Under the pieces are notes generated by a model. The model saw only the letters and a program-made list of their open reading frames with translations, was not told the origin of the DNA and ran no database searches. Below, piece after piece: positions 1 to 11,800 of a DNA stretch of 44,829 bases (the stretch's first letter is position 1; the number at the start of each line of letters is the position of its first letter). The stretch lies in NCBI GenBank assembly GCA_040357565.1, contig JBDODJ010000085.1, one strand, 5' to 3'. This stretch comes from Cercozoa sp. M6MM. Taxonomy: Eukaryota; Protista; Endomyxa: Ascetosporea. Position numbers and translations under genes: made by a program.

Positions 1-16
1 GCCCCCTCTCCCGTAG

Positions 17-750
17 GAAGCGACATGGGCGCTGTGCAATGCCACTTCGGGCGGCACCGACGAGCACATCCACTTCTTGGTAGACGTCTGACTTTACCCC
101 CCCCCTTATTTCCTCCTGCCCATGATGTCGTTTCTGTCAGGTGCAACGCGGTATGATTCCGCCGTTGTGCAACTTGCTCATCTTCAATGGTATCAGCGCC
201 GTTATCCCCTTCCCCTTTACTCCTTTACCCCTCCCCTCACACACCTTGCAGACTCCAAGATCGTACAAGTGGCACTGGACGGCATCGAGAACATTCTGGC
301 GGCCGGCCAGAGACGCGCGGCCAAACTGGGTGGCACCAACAGCTACGCCGAGTACGTCGAGAAATGCGGCGGCCTCATGAAGTACGCTTTCCTACTCTAT
401 CCCCCTACTCCCTGCCTATCACCTTCCTTCCCCTGCAGACTGCACGACCTGCAAGAACACCAGAGTGAACTCATCTACGACCGCGCCGTTCGCATCCTGC
501 GCACTTACTTTTCGGTATCGCACTTGGCTCCACCCACTCAAAGTATTCCCTCTCAACTATCCCTCTCACTGTCTGTGCAGTCGGACACTGCCGAAGATGA
601 GGCCGACTTTGGTGACGACCCAATGAGTGGCTTTGATTCCGCGTTTGGCGGCGGTGGCGGCTTCAACGGCCAGGTACGCTGACCCGTCGTGCTAAGATGC
701 GGTGGATACCTCTTGATTGTTGCTTGTGTGCGTAGATCTCGCTGTCTTAA
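17..750 (+). CDS. Importin alpha (karyopherin alpha), C-terminal exons (5' part outside window)
   Basis: Removing five GT-AG introns gives [56 protein letters not shown]...YVEKCGGLMKLHDLQEHQSELIYDRAVRILRTYF...GGGFNGQISLS*, matching the last ARM repeats and atypical C-terminal Arm of importin alpha. Confidence 0.95.
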
Positions 751-1162
751 GCCCGGGCTCGATCATTACATTGGCTTTTCGTTCGACCCCATGGTGCTCA
801 ATCCTCTAGTTCTCGTTTCTTAAATAATTACCGACTCGCACGTACTGGTGTGTTACAGACTGACTCAGATTATGCAGTCTTCGCGGATAAATTTGTGGCT
901 CTACGGTGCTACTGCCTATAGAGCTGTGTCCTGTAGATTGAGCCTGCCTGTTGGCAAAGAGAAAACCTCATCTACTTGGCATCAGCTGATCAGTTGCTCT
1001 GCAGTTTGTACTGATAACCACAAGTAATGATTTAAGAAACGAGCATCATGGGGCGATAACGAAAAATGAAGTAAACGATAATAAGTAATTGACTTTAAGC
1101 CAAAAAACTACAATAAAGCAAGTTAATGTCGTCCTTTGAGATGCGTGCGTTGATCGACGCGA

Positions 1163-4100
1163 TTACATTTGAGGCTTGAAGTCCTCTGCAGACGAGACAC
1201 ACATAATACGATCCATCAACACAGCAGGAAAGCAGCAAACGCACCGTTGTCGAAGGCGAAGGCGCCACCAGAGGCCATCTCGACCTGCTGCTGCGCAATG
1301 CGCTGCTCCTCCTGTTCACGCTGCATCTCTTCGCGGATCTTAATCTTCTCGTGCGCAATGGCGGCAACGTCGTCACCGGCCTCGGCCGAAGCCTTGCTCA
1401 GCGGGTTCACCGACACATGCGCGCCGACCTCACCGGCACCGTAGTCCTACAGACACAAACACAGTGTCTCCCTGCTCACCAAGCAAGCTTAAGGGCAGAA
1501 GGTACCTGGAAACCAAGCTCGTCGTTCTCAGCCACCTCCTCGAGCTCGGCCTGAGCGTCTTCGAACTCCTCTTGCGACTGCTTGTACTTGTTGCGGTAGC
1601 GCGAGTAGCGCACGATCATGTAGACCAGGACCATGGCGACCGTGAAGCCACCCAGCACAAAGACGAGCACCCAGCCCCAGTTTCTCGACAGCCTACATAT
1701 GCACATGTACAAGGCAAGAGGGGGACAGCATAAACACAGACATACCACGAGCGATCCTCGGTCTCGTTGAGATCGATGCGCTGCGGGTCCACGACGATGG
1801 CGAACACCGAGTCTTGGATGGCACCGGCCTGCGCACACTCGTAGAGCGGCGCCTCCAGCACGGCCGTGCCAACCCAGCCGGCCGCGTTGGTGCCACTCAG
1901 CACGGCGGACGACACCACGCTTGGTCGGATGACCTCGTTCGTGTCCACTGTGGTGAGGCACTCCCAGCGACGCGACTCGATACGACGACGCGCCAGACAC
2001 GTGTCCGACGCCTTGATCAGCGTCGTACCGTCCACGATCTGCCAGACGCCGTCGCGCAGCACACGCTGCGACTGGAAGCCGTACTTGCCGACCGGTACGT
2101 CGAGGTCCACGACAGCACGCAGCGTCGCCGCCGCGCGCACGTCATTGTCCGAGTAGCCCATCTGCGCCGAGGCGCGGCACAGGAACGGCGTCGACAGCAC
2201 CGAGGCGTCAAAGCCGAGCACCTGCGCGCCAAAGTCGCTCTTGACCTCGACCCAGTTGTCGTTGTCGGCGTTCGGGTCGCCAGTGACCTGCGAGACGCGC
2301 GACTTGTCCACAATGATCTTGAAGTCGCGCAGCTGCGACAGCGGCACCGGCGCAATCTCGAGCGCCTCGGCCGGTTTGGACGACTGGAACATGCCCGACG
2401 GAACCGACAGCACGAGCGTGTCGCGGCCGGCGTAGTGCGCCAGCGGGAACTGCGAGGACTGCGACGTCGACACCGTCTGCGTGAACTTGGCCGCCGTCAG
2501 GTAGCGCTGCCAGCGACGCGTGCTGGTACGAGCCACAACGCCGTCGTCGTCGCGCGTGTTCAGCACCGACGAGTCGTCGCACTCCGAGGCGCTCGTCACA
2601 CAGAGGCCCGAGCGACACTGGAACGGCTTCTCGCCAAAGCAGCCAAAGCTCGAGAGCTGCAGGCACTGCACCTCGCTGCGGCACACGCCATCGTACACGC
2701 ACGCCGGCTTCTCGGCTGGGCACGACGGTGCCTGGTTGTTGTTCGGGCACTTCTGCTCACACATATCCATGTAGAGATAGTATTAAACTACATGGGTAGG
2801 GTACCGCATTGGCCTCCGACGAGGACGTGGCCGCGACACACGTGCCGTCGTTGCAGCGCCACTGGCCGCTGCGGCACGCCGACACAGGTGCGCACTGCCG
2901 CAGGTCCTCGACGCATGAGCCGTCGCTGCACTTGAGCGGACACTCGCTGCTCGGCACGGCGTTCTCGGTGCGCTCGACACACACGGCGCTCGAGGCGGCG
3001 CAGTAGCCGTCGAAGCACTTGACCGGCGCTGCCACCGGACACCCGTTGGGCACGAAGTCGTCGCTGCCGATGCTACCGGAGCCGCTACCGGAGCCACTGC
3101 CGTCGAGGTCATCAACACCAGAGTCGCCGTTAGACGTGCCGCTGTTCTCGCACTCGACGATCGAGCTGACGCACTCGCCTGCTCAGGCAAGCACACACAT
3201 ACACACACATGTATTGACCTGCGACACACGTGGCTGTGGACTGAGGTGATAGGGCTACCAGAGGCGCACTGCGTCGGCGCAGTCACCGGGCACGTGGCCA
3301 CGGGTCCACTGCTGTCACCGTCATCACCGCCAGTCGACGGCAGCAGCGACGCGTCGCACGTGTCGCCCAGCGGGATGCACTGCGACACCTCGACGGTACC
3401 GCTTGTGACCTGGCACTCCTTGTAGCCCGTCAGACAGCGCGTCTTCGTGTCGGCCTCGCACGGCGTCACGGCCGTGGCCGAGGCACTGCACGTATCCGAG
3501 GCCGCGATGCACTTGCTCGTGGCGTCGCCATTGTCGTCTACCACAACGCAGTGCACGTAGCTGCTGCCCGTCTTGGTGCCATCCGTCGGCTTCACCACCG
3601 TAGTGCAGTCCTCCGGCGAGGCCACGCACGAGCCGTCAGCACAATGCACCTGCGCGTGTGTAGAACGTACATACATGCAGAGGTAGAGGCAAACAGAGGA
3701 CAGAGAGAGTACGTTCAAGTAGCTGTGCGGGTCGCACGTCTGCGTCACGACGGCACACTTGCTGGCCGAGGCCTTGCAAACACCGTCGCCGCAGAGGAAG
3801 GGTGCCGTCACCGGGCAGCCGTTCGTGACCTTACAGTCGGTGAGGCCGCCGGAGGGCGTGAGCTTCACGTCGCTCGGGTACTCTGCCGTGAGGTTCGTCA
3901 GCGTCTGCGGACACATGCCCGAGGCGCAGCGCTCCTTGGCCTGGCACAGGTCGCCGGTCTGCGCGTCGCAGCCAGCATCGCGTGCCACACAGGCGCCGTT
4001 GGCGCACAGCACCGGGAAGGCGGCCGGGCAGCCCTCCTTGGTCTGGCACTTGCCGGCCTCGCTGACACAGAGGCCCGACGAGGCGCAACGGTGCGGCAGA

Positions 4101-5827
4101 CTCGACGGGCACGACACCTCCTGCGACGTGGCGCACGAGTCGCCGGCCGCCACGCAGAGACCATTGTCGCAACGCTGCGGTCGCGCCACCGGGCAGCCCG
4201 GCGACAGCGTCGAATCGCTCGACGACAGCACCAAGCAGAGCGACTCGTCGGCCACGCACATGCCGTCCATCACGAGCGTGCGCGTCGCGCTACTCGAGCA
4301 CTCGAACGACGACGAGTCGACTTGCTGGATGCTGCCGCCGCACGGGTCCGTGTTGCGGCACATCGACATGCCGGCCGGACACGAGCTGGCCGGACACAGG
4401 TCGCGGCAGTAGATGTCCTTGCCATCACTTGTCGTGAAGCCGTACACGCAGTCCTGCGTGTTCATCAACGGGTTGCACTCGCGGCACTGGTGACACAGAC
4501 CGTCGCCACAGCGCATCTCACCCTCGAAGCACACCTGCAGAGCATCACACACAGTACATACAAATAGGGGAGACAAAAGGGCAGGGGTACTGGCTTAATC
4601 GACGTGCACTCCTCGCTCGAGGCGCGGCAGACACCGTCGGCACAGGCCACCGGATTCTTCGGGTCAGTGCACTGCTGCGACATGCCGAGGTCGCTCGAGG
4701 CACTCGAGCTCGGGCAGTATGCCGAAGACTCTACGCAGAGACCGTTCCAGCACTTAAACGGCGCTGACACCGGGCAATCCGGCAGCATAGCGCACTCAAT
4801 GCCCTGTCAAACCACATGATATGTATCAACATCAACACATGTAGGGCAACCTAGTGGGATGGGTGGGTGGGTGCTACCTTCGAACTGGCCGACTGGGCAC
4901 AGAGACCGTTGCCACAACGCGTGTCACAGACGCGCTGGCCACCGTCGGCAGCCTCGAGGGCAGCCATGCGGTACGGCACATTGCACTCGCCCGTGCAGCC
5001 GAGGTTGTCGGCCTCGGGACACGTGCTCATGTCGCCCTCGAACGGGCACGAGCCGTCGTCGCAGCGGCGACTGTCGAGCTGACCATTGACGTAGCACGTC
5101 TGGGCATCCTTACCGTCGAAGCACTTGTCGAGACTGCTCTTGCAGGAGCCGTCACTGCAGCGCTCGCCAAAGTTGCCGTCGGCCATCTGGCACGACTCGC
5201 CAAAGCAGAGGTCGCGGCGACTCACGCAGCGGCCGTCCGAGCACTGGATACCACGTCCGTCGTCGAACGAGCAGACCGACGGCTCGCACAGGTTGGCATC
5301 GGGACGGCACGAGCCGTCGGCGCACTGCGTAGCCTCGTCGCCAGGACAACCGCGGTTGATGTCGCCCTGCTTCTCGTCGTAGGCCGCGTCGCACTCGGCG
5401 CGACTCGCCTTGCACAGCCAGTCGGCGCCGCACAGCACCGGCTTGTCGATCGGACACGTGATCGGATGCGGGCATGTGCGTCGCTTGCTGACACACTGGC
5501 CCGTCGGGCACAACAGCGGCGCGCTGTCCGGGCACACCGGCGCCACCGGGCAGTCGGCGGCACGCGTACGACAGGTGCGGTCCCAGCACAGGAACGGCGA
5601 CTGCGTCGGACACGTCACGCCCGTTGAGCACGTCGTCGACGGCGGCGCACCGCTCGTCAGGTTGGCCGGGATGAAGTCTCCGCACGTACCGTCACCGCAG
5701 CGCACCAGCGTCGTCGACGACGACTCGCACTCGACGTCGACGCCCGGCTCCGAGAAGGACGGGCAGTCGGCGACCGTGGCACGGCACAGGCCGTCCTATC
5801 CATCACACGCAACACATGCATGCGCCG

Positions 5828-5874
<47 letters not shown>

Positions 5875-8800
5875 ATAAACCAAATAGACAAGGTACGCGA
5901 CACTTGATCGGCAGCGACTCGGGACAGCTGACCTCGGTCGGACAGTCGGACAGCGACTGGACACACGACACGCCATCGGGACAGCGCACATAGCCGTCGC
6001 CGAACATTTCCTCGCACGTGGCCAGCACCTGCGTCGAAGACGGGCGGCACGAGTTGTCGTACGCCAGCGTCAGACCGGCCGGGCACTGCACCGGCGTCGG
6101 GCACTGCGACATGTTGTCGACGCAGGTACCACTCGGGCAGCGCAGCTTGCCCTCGCAGTAGTCATCGATCTGCGAAGTCGACGGGCAGTCCGTGGGGTCA
6201 ATCACACAGGTACCCGTCGGGCACTTGAGCGGCTACACACAGATACACTCAATCACACATGGCAAACAACAAGTGGTAGGACAGGCGGCTACCGTGAGCA
6301 CAATGTCGCAAGTGCGACCAGGCGTGCAGAGCGACGCTGTGGCGGCGCAGTTGCCGTCGGGACAGCGGAAGGGCTGCGAGGCGGGGCACTTGCTCGGCGA
6401 CGAGCACTCCTCCACCGACTGGCGGCACATGCCGTCACCGCACAGCACAGGCGCGTCCGGGAGACAGCCGGTACTCGTGGGACACGACGACTCCGTAGGC
6501 ATGCACTCGCCACCCGGGCACGTCACCTGACCGGCGCCACACACCAGCGGCGCAGCGCAGTCCGACAGCGACTCGACGCACGTGTTGTCGGCGCAGCGAA
6601 TCATGCCGACCGGGCACGTCAGCGGCGACGAGCACAGCGTCGTCGCGGCGGCACACGAGCCGTCCGGACAGCGCACGTACGTAAGGTCACCGCCGCTCAC
6701 GGTGCAGTTCTCCTGCAGCTCGTTGTTGTCAAGCGGCTCGCCACTCACCGGGTCGATCGACATGCACTCGCTCACCGAAGGCGCGCACGCCTGGTTCGGG
6801 CACTTGACCCAGCCGACCGGACAGGTGCGACTCGTGCCACAGTCGAACACCGAGGCACGGCACTCGCCCGACGGACACTTGTACGGCAGACGCGCATCCT
6901 GGCACGATGGCACCTCGACGCACTGGTCGCGCGACGTGACACACGTGCCGTCGGCGCACAGCATGGCACCCTCCTGACACGTGACAGGCGTCGGACACTC
7001 ACCAGCGTTTCTCACGAGCGTAGCATCGGCGCACACAAAGAGGCCATTGTCGGTGGCGTTCTGCATCAGGTCGTCCCACTGCTGGTCAATGGCCGTGCAG
7101 TTGCTGGTCGCAGTGTTGTACACACACGAGAAGCCGTCCTGGCACAGCGACATGGCCGGCGGGCACACGTGCACGGCCGGGCAGTCCGTGTTGAGACGGT
7201 CAGCGCGGCGGCACTGGTCCTTTGCGTTCGGGCACGCAGCGTAGCCAGCCTACTCAGCAAACAATCCAGTGCACAGACACCTCAAGTACCTTATAAGGAA
7301 GTGAGGGTACCGGACAGTTAGCCTTGGGTGGCGGGCACGAACCAGTGGGCACACAGGCGCCAGTCGTGCTGCACATCGAGGTGCCAGCACCGCAAATCGG
7401 CGTGGCGTCGTTCTCACACTGCGCAGGCGTCAGACCGGCGCAGTCGGTGCACTTGGCGGCGCAATCGCCACTCGGACAGCGGTACGGCGTGAGCGGCGAG
7501 TCGAGGCCGCACGTGTCGCCCTTGACCGTGATCGTCATGTTGAACCACGTCTTGAATGAGCCGGGGCACGGCGTCACATCTCCCTGGTGCAGCATGTTCT
7601 CGATGCGCGGACAGTGGATGCTCACCGAGTCGATGCTGTATGTGCCAGGCCAGATCGGGAAGAACGAGGCCGGGCGCACGGCAGTCGGCGGACTCGGCAG
7701 CACGTCGCCGTCCGTCACGTTGAACACGGCCTCGAATGTGGCGCGCGGCTCCGACAGACGCGTGGCCGTCACAACGTACGCGAACGAGCGGTCCGTGACC
7801 TCGTTGCCGTACTTGTCGCGGCCGGTGAGGGCAAAGCCGGCGTCGCGACCAGCAAACACCGAGCCGAAGTAGGCCGCCGTCTTGCCGTCGTACGACGGCT
7901 CTGCGCCGTTGAGCGGCACGTTGGGACCTGTGCACGACGAGCCCATGGTCGAGTCCGTCGGGCAGCCCTGGACAAAACAACAGTATGTATATATCAATAG
8001 GCAGCCCGAAGCAAGACTACCTCCTCAGTGAGCTGAGCGTCGAAGGCACATTGGCCGCTCGGGATGTCGCACGACACCAGCGGGAACGCGTAATGCAGAT
8101 CGGCCGCCACAATCGTGATCGTGTGCGGCAGCTGCTCGAGCGTCTTCTTGAAGCGCAGGTTGTTGAAGTCGTACTGGCCGACGCGCGTCAGTTGCAGGCG
8201 CACCTGGTACGTCGAAGCCACGAGCGACAGCGTCAGGTTGCTCGGCGACACTTGGAACTCGCCCGGTGCCGACACCTGCTCGATCTCGGCCTCGGTGAGA
8301 CGCACACTCTGCTCGCGCGCATCAAGCAGCGATTGCAGCTTGTTGCCGAACGAGTCGTAGGCCTTGAACTCAATGACGATCTCGTCGCCGGCAGCCCGGC
8401 TAAAGTCGCCGCTAGGCAGGTAGTTGTCGACATGGTCCATGTCCTTGGGGCTCACGACCATCAGGTGGCCCACGTTGGGATGCGCGTGCAGCTCGCCCGT
8501 CTCGTCGATGTAGTTGGCCTGCGAGTCGTGCGCTGTCTGCGAGTCGTAGCACTCCTGCGAGGGACCGCTGCACGGCTTCACGAGCACATTGAGTGCCGCG
8601 GCGTGCGCGAGTCGCGAGCGCACCTTAAACACATTGGCAAAGGCCGTGCCACTGCCTTGCGTCGAGGTCGACACGATGGGTCCGTCCGTGGCCAGCGTGA
8701 AAGCCGTGCCATCGTCGAACTCGGTGAGGTCGTAGTAGTACAGGTCGTCGGCGGCCGTCACGTTGAGGCCTTCGAAGTGCTCACTGGCCTGCGACTCGAG

Positions 8801-11800
8801 AGCCGACTCGTCCAGCATGATGAGCACGAGACGCACGTCGTCGTTGGCGCGCACGTTGCCGTACTCGTCCATGACCTGCACCTCGACACGCGTGCCGTCG
8901 TCGGCCACCTCGGTGGCCTCGAAACGCTTCTGCGTCGGCACCACGTTGACGCTGTCGATCTTGCCGGCAAACACCTGCACCTCCACTGTGTAGCCGCCTG
9001 CACCGTCCACCGTGATGTCCGACGATTCTGAGGCATCGATACGAGGCGACGAGCGCGGGTCGTACAGCCGCGTCGTGAAGGGAATCCTGCACATTAAGTA
9101 ATGTACATACACAGAAAGACGAAAGGGTAGCAAAGAATGCAAGGGTACACGACGTTGTTGGAGTAGGTGCGGTCGAGCTCGTAGGCGTTGCGAAGCGCAA
9201 TGCGCGACTTCCACGTCACCGAGCGCTGGTCGATGATGTACTGGCACGAGACGACGGCGCCGTTCTCCATGCAGTCGTGCAGCGGGTTGATCGCGTTGCC
9301 GACCGCATCGAAGAAGGTCAGGGTCATCGTCAGCGTCTCGCCGGCGACCAGATTGCGCGCACCGGTGCAACCCTGCGCGCCACGCGGCGTTTCGATGTCG
9401 ATGCAGCCCACACTGCCAACGGCACCCGACAGCACGCGGATCGGCGCAGTGGCATCGCTGCCGCCGTCGATCGAGAGCGCCTTGTCGACGTTGTACGTGA
9501 CACCAGCCACGTTCATCGTGAAGCGCAGCAACGAGTCGTCGTCAGTGCGCACGGCGTAAGACACCGGGTTCCAAGGCGTGCCGTCAACGGCGAGCTTCCA
9601 GGCTGCCACCTCCGTGTGACGCGAGGCCAGGTAGATGCGGTTGTTGAAGCGGTCGAACAGCTGCGCATCGATGAGGTGCTGCGCGCCGACCTCGAGGTCG
9701 TAGCGAGGCGCCGTGAACACCGTCTTGGACGTATCCACATCCGACGGCTTCACGATGATGTTGTGAGACACCACCTCCTGTGCAAACACGCTTATATGTA
9801 TAAATATATGCATACCACCGATAGAAAGGTGAGCATACCGAGGAGCCGCCGAATGTCACGGTGAGCACGATCTGCAGAGCACCCGTGGCCGGCACGATGT
9901 TGTCGGCGTTGGCCAGCTCGCTCGTGCAGCCCGTCATCTGGTACTCGGCCGTGGAGCCAACGCGCGCGATGGAGCCGCCTGTGCAGCCGACCACCGAGAA
10001 GGCGCTCGTGTAGTCCGTGGCCGTGATCTCGTTGCCGTACGAGTCCTTGGCAAACCACGAGAACTGCACGGGCACACCGGCCTCGAGACGGTTCGACGAT
10101 GAGTAGCCAGTCGGCCACTGCACCGTCGCTGCCGTCTCACGCGGGTCAAGCACACCCGGCTCCACCGTCACCGTCATGGCATTCGAAGTGTCGGTGCAGA
10201 GACCGTTGAGCTTCGAATTGGTACCAGCACAGTCCGTGGCCTACATTAAACATACGGACCGTCATTCACATTCAGTCACACCGAGTGGTAATGGTAAGAC
10301 TAGACTGTCGAGTACCTGGACATTCGAGCACCACTCCGTCTTGAGGTAGTTGCAGGGCTCATCACCAGCCACACGCTCCGGGTACAGCAGCACGTATTCG
10401 TAAGACGACACGGCGCGCAGGTAGAACGTGCCCGAGCGCGTGAGCTGCACTGGCTGCGTCAGGTGGTACGTGTTCTTGTCCGACGACGACGTGTCGCTGT
10501 TGTCGAACGTCGGCGTCGGCAGCACAACGTCCTTCGGGTCAATCGTCTCGTCGTTGTTCACCGTGAGCGACAGAGCGAACGAGCGCGCGTTGCTGCCGTG
10601 GCACGTGTCGGCGAACTCGCCGTTACCCGCCGGGGTTGCCGGGCAGGCCACGACCTTGCAGTCGGCGGCCACGCCGTAGTCGTTGGCTGGGTCCGAGAAG
10701 TCGATGCTGTTGATGTTGCACGGCGAGGACGGCTCGTCATCGTATAGGAAGTCGTGCACGCGGTACTCGATGCTCTCACCGGCCTGCAGCGTGATCGGGC
10801 CGAGACCGTACGAGCCACCGGCCTTGCGCCAGTCGACGTAGCCGATGGACGGACGACGCTTCGACTCGGACGTGAGCTGAGCTTCCCACATGTCGATCAC
10901 GGCGGCATTACTGCGCAAATCATTCGCACATACACCAGGGCACACATTGGTTGGACACAAGAAAATTAGGAAGAGTACCCCGAAGTGATGTCCTTGGGTA
11001 GCGGCGTGCTCGTGCCGGGCAGGTAGGCCGTCACGATCTTGAAGTCGAAGCGCGACGCGTTCGCCTCCGTGGCGTTGAACGAGCAGTCAAAGGCACAGGC
11101 GACCGTGGAACTTGGCGTGCATGATGTGGCACGACCACAGTTCATCCACGAGGAACCCTCGGTGGAACCGTCCAGGATGCTCCACTGTAGGCCAATCTTG
11201 ATCTCGTCGGTCGGGTAGTCACCGGGATCGGCGCCGTAGAACACGAGGTTGCCATAGGCATCACGTGCCGTCACCTGCACCGTCGTGATGTCGTCCGACT
11301 GCACCGTCAGCGTCTTGGTCGACGACGACACACTGGGCGAGATGGCACCCGGACTCACGACCATGCTCGAGAACTGCTCGGCCTCGACACCGCTCACGAG
11401 CACCTGGCCCGTGAACGTTCCCGACGCGCGACAGAAGAACGAGATCTCGTATTCCGAGTTGCCGAGCGACGTGACGTCATTGAAGACGCAGTTGCCACTC
11501 GGCACGAAAGCCTGCAACACAGCGCTGTCGTCGTAGCCGACGCGCAGGTTGCCGTTGCGGTCGCGCACCACGACGACGAACTTCATGTTCTCGCCGACCG
11601 CGAAGGGAACCGACGTACCCAGCAGCAGCGAGCTGGCCGCCATGGAGGCCGTCGTCTTCACCGGGTCTGGTGAGTTCGGTACCATCGTGTAGCGCAGCAC
11701 CGAGCCGCCGTGGATGTTTTGCATGCCCTGGCCAACGTCGAGCTGGAACGTCAGCTCCGTCGACGCCAGCACGTAGGGATCGACACTCACTATCAACTGA

